Of a stretch of DNA of 11,464 nucleotides, positions 5,640-11,464 are shown in pieces. The position numbers and the translations under genes are program-made. Every line of letters starts with the position of its first letter. The stretch's first letter is position 1. Location of the stretch: the IMG/VR virus record IMGVR_UViG_2737471839_000021, positions 1 through 11,464 of that record. One strand, given 5' to 3'. The stretch is from a virus (lineage: Duplodnaviria > Heunggongvirae > Uroviricota > Caudoviricetes). The notes under the pieces are model-generated. The model was not told where the DNA came from and made no database searches. It was given only the letters and a program-made list of their open reading frames with translations.

Positions 5640-8279
5640 ATGACGGTCTCAACCGAAGTTAACCACAACGAATACACAGGTAATGGTGTTACGACCACAT
5701 TCCCTTACACCTTTAGGGTTTTCAATAAATCTGATCTGGTGGTGCAGGTTATTGACCTTGAAGAAAATATCGCTGTGCTGGCTCCTGATACTGATTACAC
5801 CGTTACCGGGGCTGGAGGATATAACGGCGGTAATGTAATTCTGTCGAAGGCACTGGCTAACGGTTATCAGATTTCTATATCGCGAGAACTGAAGGTTACT
5901 CAGGAAACAGATCTGAGAAACCAGGGTAAGTTTTTTGCTGAGGTGCATGAAGACGCGTTCGATAAGCTGACTATGCTGATTCAGCAGGTGCGCAGTTTGT
6001 TTTCTCTGGCCCTTCGTAAGCCGTCGTTTGTGGCTAACTATTATGATGCTCTGAACAACTATATTAGAAATCTTCGCGATCCCATACGCCAACAGGATGC
6101 GGCTACAAAGAACTATGTGGATATGCTTGCTGAAAATAATATAAACAAAACACTGCGTGTTCCTGAGGGTTTTATACCATCACTTCCACCTGTATCTCAG
6201 CGAAAAAACAAAATTGTAGCTATGAACGATAATGGCGTTCCAATTATGGTATTGCCGGAAAGCGGTTCTGCTGCGGATGTGCTTATAGAGTTAGCTAAAT
6301 CCAATGGCACAAATAATATAAACGGAACAAAACACGTTCTTGGAGCTGAAGCAAGAAATCTTACTGACATGTTGTCTGACGAGATATCAGTTCGTGATTT
6401 TGGTGGTAATGATGATTACGATGGAACAAATTCTGATTCATGCACAAATAACCTGATTGCTTTTCAAAAATATTTTGAATACCTGAACTCTATTGGTGGT
6501 GGGAATTTAAATATACCAAAGACAAACACAGGCAAGTATTATATTAGTGGTGATGATCATACGCATGTGTCAAGTGATATTATGATATGTGCTGATAATG
6601 ATGTTTCTATTCATCTAAATTTTTCTGGTGGGTCATCAAACACTCCATTTGCTAACCTTGACCTGAAAGCATTACGTCAAATAAAAATAGAGTATGTTAA
6701 TTTTGGTTACAATTCATATGTTGGTGGGAGAGTCGATGTTCCGTTAGGTGACTTACTGCAAACCATGAATAATGGTAGCGGTGTCTACTCAATTCCAGAA
6801 TCTCTATCAGGAGATAATTTTTTCGTTATCGCACTGGGTAACAACACCACATCAATACCTCCGATATCATCAAGTGCAGATTCTATTTTATTTAATGGTT
6901 CAGGTGTTCCAACAGCGGCCACGATAAGCGCAATGCCTGGCGATGAAATTATGTCAATGGTTAGCGCACCGGTAACAGGAGGTATCCTTGCTGGTGTTGT
7001 GACGGCCGGTGGTTATGCGTTTGTATCTCAAGATACATCAACCGGAGATGTTGTTATTGCAGAAGGTACAACTGGTCAGCCAAATATACTTAACGGATTG
7101 AATTACGCTCTGATGGACCAATTGCGCGATAGATTTGACATGGCGCTGCTATCAGTAAAAGTTACTTCATCAAGAACTTTTACTGTAATGGCGAATGGTT
7201 TGGCAGTCGCAAGCCACACGACACGCTCGACAATTCTTGGTGTCTGTTTTGGTGCTAAAGATATTAACAATACAATCAGTGTTTCTCAGATGTCGCGTGT
7301 AAGGGGGAATAGCTTTTCTGGATCAAAACCATTAAAAATATTGGTATGCGGGGATTCTATTACTGATCAAAATAACCAGTATTCATGGGCCAAATATCTC
7401 CAGATGCAGTTGGGATCAGCTGGGATTAACATTGCTGAAATTAAAAATCTGGCAGTTGCTGGCCATACGGCAGCACAGCAATTAAGCATATTGCAGACAG
7501 TAGGCGTTGGTTATGATCTGTGCTTAATTCAGGTCGGAGTTAATGATGTTCAGATGCAAACTCCTGTTTTTAGTTTTATGTCAACAATAAGTCAAATGGT
7601 TACTTATTCTAAAAGCATTGGCGCATTTCCTATTGTTGGTGTACCAACGGCTTTTTATTCTCTTGCCGAAGCGAATGCTAACGGTCAAAGAGGAGGCCAG
7701 AATACATCAAACAATAATCTTATAGGTTTGTATCGTTCTTTGCTTATACGAGCTGTGGCATCGGCTGGTGGGATTGTTAATCTTGAACCTATGAAAGGAC
7801 ATGGGGCGATGACAGCGAAGTGGCTATCGATTGATCCGTATGCTGTTAGTGACAGCATTGTATTAGATAACATTCACCCAACACCATACGGTTCAATGCT
7901 ACTTGCGCAGGGATTCTCGCGCAGCATTATTGGTTGGCTTACTCGCCCTGATTTAACAGCAACAGAAAGTTTTGAATCAATCCCTACTCAGTGGTTAAGT
8001 CCCGGTTTTGGTACGACGTCGCTACCTAAAATCAAAGGAAGAACATTATCTGGTTTAATTAGTTTACATGAAACAAACATAAATGATGGCTCATTAGCAT
8101 TTACTCTGCCTCCTGCAATAAAACTTGATCAGCCAAGAATGCTAAGCGTTATTGGTGTTGGAGACAATGATCTCCCGGTTGGTCCATGCAGCATGTATAT
8201 AGGCACTGACGGAAAATGCTATTTTTTTAACCTTGCAGCAGGAACGAAGAAAATCTCACTTGATGGAGTTGAGATTTAG
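5640..8279 (+). CDS. Tailspike / tail fibre (879 aa): T7 gp17-like N-terminal anchor, beta-helix signature, SGNH/GDSL esterase domain
   Basis: ATG 5640 with GGAG upstream. Residues about 10-150 follow the T7 gp17 N-terminal tail-attachment pattern (YTGNG..FPYTF, TDYTV, EVHEDAFDKL). Around residue 250, SVRDFGGNDDYDGTNSD resembles the (V)xDFGAxGDGxTDD opening of beta-helix tailspikes. SGNH blocks: GDSIT (Ser 573, nt 7356-7358), GVND (res 633-636), DNIH (Asp 743/His 746, nt 7866-7877). Confidence 0.85.
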   Translation: MTVSTEVNHNEYTGNGVTTTFPYTFRVFNKSDLVVQVIDLEENIAVLAPDTDYTVTGAGGYNGGNVILSKALANGYQISISRELKVTQETDLRNQGKFFAEVHEDAFDKLTMLIQQVRSLFSLALRKPSFVANYYDALNNYIRNLRDPIRQQDAATKNYVDMLAENNINKTLRVPEGFIPSLPPVSQRKNKIVAMNDNGVPIMVLPESGSAADVLIELAKSNGTNNINGTKHVLGAEARNLTDMLSDEISVRDFGGNDDYDGTNSDSCTNNLIAFQKYFEYLNSIGGGNLNIPKTNTGKYYISGDDHTHVSSDIMICADNDVSIHLNFSGGSSNTPFANLDLKALRQIKIEYVNFGYNSYVGGRVDVPLGDLLQTMNNGSGVYSIPESLSGDNFFVIALGNNTTSIPPISSSADSILFNGSGVPTAATISAMPGDEIMSMVSAPVTGGILAGVVTAGGYAFVSQDTSTGDVVIAEGTTGQPNILNGLNYALMDQLRDRFDMALLSVKVTSSRTFTVMANGLAVASHTTRSTILGVCFGAKDINNTISVSQMSRVRGNSFSGSKPLKILVCGDSITDQNNQYSWAKYLQMQLGSAGINIAEIKNLAVAGHTAAQQLSILQTVGVGYDLCLIQVGVNDVQMQTPVFSFMSTISQMVTYSKSIGAFPIVGVPTAFYSLAEANANGQRGGQNTSNNNLIGLYRSLLIRAVASAGGIVNLEPMKGHGAMTAKWLSIDPYAVSDSIVLDNIHPTPYGSMLLAQGFSRSIIGWLTRPDLTATESFESIPTQWLSPGFGTTSLPKIKGRTLSGLISLHETNINDGSLAFTLPPAIKLDQPRMLSVIGVGDNDLPVGPCSMYIGTDGKCYFFNLAAGTKKISLDGVEI

Positions 8280-8378
8280 AGTGTCAAATCAATAGTAATT
8301 ATTATCCGTAAATGGTTTATTGTGTATGATGAGTTCACCAATAAGTGAGTTCATCATGCACGTTAAACGGTGGTTTTT

Positions 8379-8783
8379 ATGTCAGTTCAGCTAACCAGTG
8401 AGTCTTTAAATCAGTGGCTTAGTGCGGGTTCTCTTGCTGCGGTGATAGCAGGTGTTCCTCCAGAGGTGGCTTTGGGAGCTTTGGCTGGGGCGGTAATTTT
8501 TGTTACCTCAGCTATCGAGTATCCCATTCATCGTCGGGTTCTCCTGTCTATGCTCAGCTTCCTCTGCGGCCTTCTCTTTTACAAACCTACAGCATCCATC
8601 CTTATCGGTGTAGCCAGCCTGATCCCTACCATCACGCAGGACTCTTTCGAGAAAGGGATCGTCTTCTCTGCTGGCGCATTTGTGTCGTCAATTGTCGCCG
8701 TGCGTATTGGTATATGGCTCTATCACCGTTCCGATAATCCACGCGAGTTAATTCCGGGGAGAAAAGACGATGGTAACGCATGA
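8379..8783 (+). CDS. Holin-like membrane protein (134 aa from ATG 8379; GTG 8370 is an alternative start)
   Basis: First gene of the lysis cassette. Three to four hydrophobic helices and a charged C-terminal tail ([18 protein letters not shown]). Track start is GTG 8370 (M-V-F-M...), first ATG 8379 with GGTGG upstream. Overlaps the next gene by 14 nt. Confidence 0.55.
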   Translation: MSVQLTSESLNQWLSAGSLAAVIAGVPPEVALGALAGAVIFVTSAIEYPIHRRVLLSMLSFLCGLLFYKPTASILIGVASLIPTITQDSFEKGIVFSAGAFVSSIVAVRIGIWLYHRSDNPRELIPGRKDDGNA

Positions 8784-9078
8784 GCTTTTTTTACTTATCA
8801 CCAATGCGGTTATTTGCACTGGTATAGCCGTTCGAGTTGTCACATTTCGGCGAAACGGTTCTCAACACAGGCGATGGGGTGGGTGGCTGGCTTATTTCCT
8901 GATTGTTGCTGCGGCCAGCATTCCAGTTCGTGTCGCTTATGCAATCTGGTTACGCACACCAATGGTTGTGGATTTATCTGAGGTCATTATCAACGCTGTC
9001 ATGCTTGCTGCAGTCATTAAAACGCGCGGTAACGTAGTTCAGATTTTCAAAATAACGAGGTCTAAACATGGAGATTAA
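8770..9078 (+). CDS. Second holin-like / antiholin membrane protein (102 aa)
   Basis: Three hydrophobic segments with a basic C-terminus ([19 protein letters not shown]). Overlaps the upstream holin-like gene and the downstream endolysin start, so it is translationally coupled within the lysis cassette. Confidence 0.55.
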   Translation: MVTHELFLLITNAVICTGIAVRVVTFRRNGSQHRRWGGWLAYFLIVAAASIPVRVAYAIWLRTPMVVDLSEVIINAVMLAAVIKTRGNVVQIFKITRSKHGD

Positions 9079-9697
9079 ACAATTCCAGCGAGCTGCTGGT
9101 ATCAGCGAGGCGCTGGCTGCACGCTGGTTCTCGCATATTAATTATGCGATGAAAGAATTTGGTATCAGCAAACCAGAAGATCTGGCAATGTTTATTGCTC
9201 AGGTCGGGCATGAGTCTGTTGGCTTCACCAGATTGCAGGAGAATTTCAACTACAGTGTCAGTGGACTGGCTAACTTCGTTCGGGCTGGGCGTCTCACTCA
9301 GGGGCAGGCTAATGCACTGGGTCGCCGTGCTGGTGAACCACCATTGCCACTCGAGCGCCAGCGAGCGATCGCCAATCTGGTGTACAGCAAACGCATGGGG
9401 AACAATGCCCCTGGTGATGGCTGGAATTACCGGGGACGCGGACTTATCCAGATTACCGGTTTGAATAACTATCGTGATTGCGGAAACGGTCTGAAGGTTG
9501 ACCTGCTGGAGAGCCCTGAACTGCTGGCGCAGGACGAATATGCGGCTCGTAGCGCGGCGTGGTTCTTCGCCAGCAAAGGATGCATGAAGTATACCGGAGA
9601 TATTGCACGTGTAACTCTGATTATCAATGGCGGTAGGAATGGCATCGACGACAGGCGCGCGCGGTACATCACTGCCAGTAAGGTGCTGGTGGTATGA
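9068..9697 (+). CDS. Endolysin, glycoside hydrolase family 19 (chitinase-like) type
   Basis: 209 aa; ATG 9068 preceded by GAGG. Carries [12 protein letters not shown]...QENFNYS with two closely spaced Glu (GH19 catalytic pair arrangement) and GRGLIQITG. No signal peptide or TM, consistent with holin-dependent release. Stop overlaps the Rz start (ATGA at 9694-9697). Confidence 0.85.
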   Translation: MEIKQFQRAAGISEALAARWFSHINYAMKEFGISKPEDLAMFIAQVGHESVGFTRLQENFNYSVSGLANFVRAGRLTQGQANALGRRAGEPPLPLERQRAIANLVYSKRMGNNAPGDGWNYRGRGLIQITGLNNYRDCGNGLKVDLLESPELLAQDEYAARSAAWFFASKGCMKYTGDIARVTLIINGGRNGIDDRRARYITASKVLVV

Positions 9698-10176
9698 TCT
9701 GGGCATTCGTAAAAGCATACTGGAAACAGTTGGTTATCATGGCGATGCTTGCTGTTCTGGTTATATCAGGAGTTGTAGCCTGGAATGCACACGGCAGTCG
9801 TCAGTACGACGCCGGGTATGCGCAGGCGAAAGAAGACTGCAAAGCCGAAGAAGAAAAAGTTCGTCAGCACCACGAACAGGAGAAAGCGACCAATGAACGT
9901 GAAGCGCAGCAGAGGATCGAACAGGCGCGCAGTGATGCTCTTGATGCTGCCGCTCGCGCTGGCAGGTTGCAGCAACAGCTCGTTGCCATCCGTGAGCAGC
10001 TCAGGCAGTATAACGCCATTGTCGGCGCTGGGTCGTCAGCCGCAGATACCGGAGTTTTGCTTGCCGACGTGTTCAGCAAATCTCTCGAGAGAAATAGACA
10101 ACTGGCAGAGTATGCTGACCGGGCAGCCGAAGCCGGAAGAGTCTGCGAAAAACAGTACGACACCATGACCAGATAG
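9694..10176 (+). CDS. Rz: Rz-type inner-membrane spanin (i-spanin), 160 aa
   Basis: N-terminal TM anchor ([21 protein letters not shown]) followed by a charged, coiled-coil-prone periplasmic domain. Immediately downstream of the endolysin and contains an embedded +1-frame lipoprotein ORF. Confidence 0.8.
   Translation: MIWAFVKAYWKQLVIMAMLAVLVISGVVAWNAHGSRQYDAGYAQAKEDCKAEEEKVRQHHEQEKATNEREAQQRIEQARSDALDAAARAGRLQQQLVAIREQLRQYNAIVGAGSSAADTGVLLADVFSKSLERNRQLAEYADRAAEAGRVCEKQYDTMTR
9893..10168 (+). CDS. Rz1: Rz1-type outer-membrane lipoprotein spanin (o-spanin), embedded in Rz in the +1 frame
   Basis: Within track ORF 9785..10168, Met at 9893 begins [28 protein letters not shown]...: basic n-region, hydrophobic core, lipobox LAGC, then a Pro/Ser-rich short mature peptide. 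Start could alternatively be Met 9935. Entirely inside Rz. Confidence 0.7.
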   Translation: MNVKRSRGSNRRAVMLLMLPLALAGCSNSSLPSVSSSGSITPLSALGRQPQIPEFCLPTCSANLSREIDNWQSMLTGQPKPEESAKNSTTP

Positions 10177-10325
10177 CATGGCATTTTTCATGGTACTGAT
10201 TTTTGGTGACGGTATATAAAACGGTATGGTGAAAATCATGTTGCAGAAAGTTGTTGTCAGTCAATTGGTTATGTATTTCGTAAATAATTGAGTGGGAATG
10301 ATTTGACCCTGCACTATGAATGAAC

Positions 10326-10356
10326 AAAACCCTCTGTTACTACAGAGGGTTTTTTA
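10326..10356. terminator. Intrinsic terminator downstream of the lysis cassette, probably bidirectional
   Basis: AAAACCCTCTGT-tact-ACAGAGGGTTTTTT: 10-12 bp GC-containing stem, 4-nt loop, T6 tract on the + strand. On the minus strand the same stem is followed by TTTT, downstream of the convergent gene ending at 10394. Confidence 0.65.
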
Positions 10357-10393
10357 TCTTCAAGAATTATAGGATTGAAGTTACTAACATCGA

Positions 10394-10933
10394 TTAATTA
10401 AACCAGCTGTCCGATTTGTTCTCTTCTGCTTTGCCCACGCTTTTCATCAGATCGCGACCGCCTTCAGTCATATTTCTGTTGGCGTCAGCTTCAGATTGCA
10501 CCACATCGGTTTGCGCAGCTTTGTGCTTCAGTTCCTGATCGATAAATTCGTTTTCTCGCTTAACGCGGGCTTCTTCTTTCGCCAGCGCCAGTTTTTGTTT
10601 CTGAATCTCTAAGCTGCGTAGCTCATCTTCATAACTTTGATCGCGTTTTTTGTCCGCAGAGGCTTCGGCGTCCAGTTTATCCTGACGAGCTTTCTTATTT
10701 GCCGCTGCCGTTGCCGCTCTTTTGTTAGCGGCGGCCTGGGCATTTGCGCGACGTTGCTTCTCTTGCTGGATTTCCCTGTTGCGCTCCGCGACCCATTCGT
10801 CATGCTGCCTTTGCTCTTCATTTTTACCTTGCTGTTCCGCTTCTGCGACAGCAGAGAGTTGATCCTGCAATGATGAGGCGATAGCCGGATAGCTTAAGGA
10901 GGCTAAGATGGCGCAAAGAAAAACTTTCTTCAT
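10394..10933 (-). CDS. Secreted, highly charged (K/E/R/A/Q-rich) probable coiled-coil periplasmic protein (179 aa)
   Basis: N-terminal signal peptide MKKVFLCAILASLSYPAIA with an AxA cleavage site, then low-complexity charged helical sequence. RBS AGGAGGAG upstream on the minus strand. No enzymatic motif. Confidence 0.6.
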   Translation of the reverse strand: MKKVFLCAILASLSYPAIASSLQDQLSAVAEAEQQGKNEEQRQHDEWVAERNREIQQEKQRRANAQAAANKRAATAAANKKARQDKLDAEASADKKRDQSYEDELRSLEIQKQKLALAKEEARVKRENEFIDQELKHKAAQTDVVQSEADANRNMTEGGRDLMKSVGKAEENKSDSWFN

Positions 10934-10948
10934 GACTCCTCCTGATTA

Positions 10949-11464
10949 TTAGCTCTTTTCAGGACATTTGGTATTTGGCTGAATACGCGTTTCGTTATAC
11001 GTCGTGGTAATAACAACGGCTAAACCTGTCGTAAACTGGCACTCTTTACCCACCTGGGTAGAGGTATACACTTTGGTGCCTTCCTTATAGGTTAAAGAAA
11101 CACCTTCCACTAAGGTTTTATCATTCACCATAGAACCCGCTGCCGCGCCTACAGCTCCGCCGCCAACTGCACCTGCCGTCGTTCCGGAATTGCTGCCAGA
11201 CCCGACGTTGTGGCCGATAACACCGCCAGCGACTGCGCCAATAAGCGCGCCGAAGGCTTGTGCGTTCCGTTTATTTTGGGAGTTGTCTACGGCAACTTTT
11301 GCGGGAAGAATGGAAATAATATTAACGGTTTTAGTTTCTTGTTTGGTATTCAGTTGATCGGTTTGATAAACATCGGCAGCATGATCGTCAGCATTTGACT
11401 GGCATCCTGCCAGAGTGAATGACGCTAACATTGCCACAGGCAGAAGACATTTTTTAAATTTCAT
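10949..11464 (-). CDS. Outer-membrane lipoprotein with glycine-zipper domain (SlyB / 17-kDa-antigen-like), 171 aa
   Basis: Start ATG is the last 3 nt of the window (11462-11464). Lipoprotein signal MKFKKCLLPVAMLASFTLAGCQ with lipobox LAGC. Central GALIGAVAGGVIGHNVGSGSNSGTTAGAVGGGAVGAAAG is a glycine-zipper motif as in SlyB-family lipoproteins. Runs 15 nt upstream of the secreted-protein gene on the same strand, a likely two-gene operon. Confidence 0.7.
   Translation of the reverse strand: MKFKKCLLPVAMLASFTLAGCQSNADDHAADVYQTDQLNTKQETKTVNIISILPAKVAVDNSQNKRNAQAFGALIGAVAGGVIGHNVGSGSNSGTTAGAVGGGAVGAAAGSMVNDKTLVEGVSLTYKEGTKVYTSTQVGKECQFTTGLAVVITTTYNETRIQPNTKCPEKS

Noticed and set aside
5649-6092. 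147-aa minus-strand ORF antisense to the tailspike N-terminus
   Set aside because: Lies inside the conserved T7 gp17-like anchor-coding region of the tailspike; the antisense ORF has no start context.
9062-9718. 218-aa minus-strand ORF spanning the whole endolysin gene
   Set aside because: Antisense to a gene with strong family motifs (GH19 endolysin). No RBS, no motif and low-complexity translation; judged an antisense-frame artefact.
9766-10327. Minus-strand ORFs 9766..9975, 9864..10184, 10036..10239 and 10073..10327 overlapping Rz/Rz1 and the downstream gap
   Set aside because: Antisense to the spanin genes or running through the intrinsic terminator; His/Cys-rich off-frame-like translations. 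Only the Rz and embedded Rz1 frames have biological support.
10177-10393. Intergenic region after the lysis cassette checked for a tRNA, att core or integrase remnant
   Set aside because: No tRNA-like arms or conserved tRNA features recognised and no ORF of integrase character; only the terminator hairpin is evident. The prophage boundary cannot be placed from this window.
10609-10873. Small ORFs 10609..10821 (-) and 10637..10873 (+) inside the secreted-protein gene
   Set aside because: Alternative frames of a low-complexity, codon-repetitive charged region; such regions generate open frames on both strands by chance.
1-11464. CRISPR arrays, insertion sequences or transposase genes anywhere in the window
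   Set aside because: No regularly spaced direct repeats, no terminal inverted repeats flanking an ORF, and no transposase-like protein in any frame.

Overview
This window reads as the late (virion plus lysis) region of a temperate podovirus-type prophage from an enterobacterium, possibly epsilon15-like; family assignment is from memory of motifs, not a search. On the + strand it holds the 3' end of one virion gene and two large Gly/Ala-rich putative internal virion/ejection proteins (600 and 824 aa). A short accessory island follows, then an 879-aa modular tailspike and a tightly overlapping lysis cassette (two holin-like proteins, a GH19-type endolysin, Rz with embedded Rz1). Two convergent minus-strand genes for envelope proteins end the window. 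The most interesting signal is in the accessory island: a near-consensus LexA (SOS) box sits directly upstream of an 85-aa minus-strand gene of unknown function, next to one or two small multi-TM membrane proteins. I propose this as an SOS-triggered antirepressor or exclusion module; that is inference. The tailspike carries a T7 gp17-like N-terminal anchor, a beta-helix signature and a complete SGNH esterase motif set, with an abrupt shift to AT-rich sequence after the anchor. No rRNA, tRNA, CRISPR array or transposase was seen.
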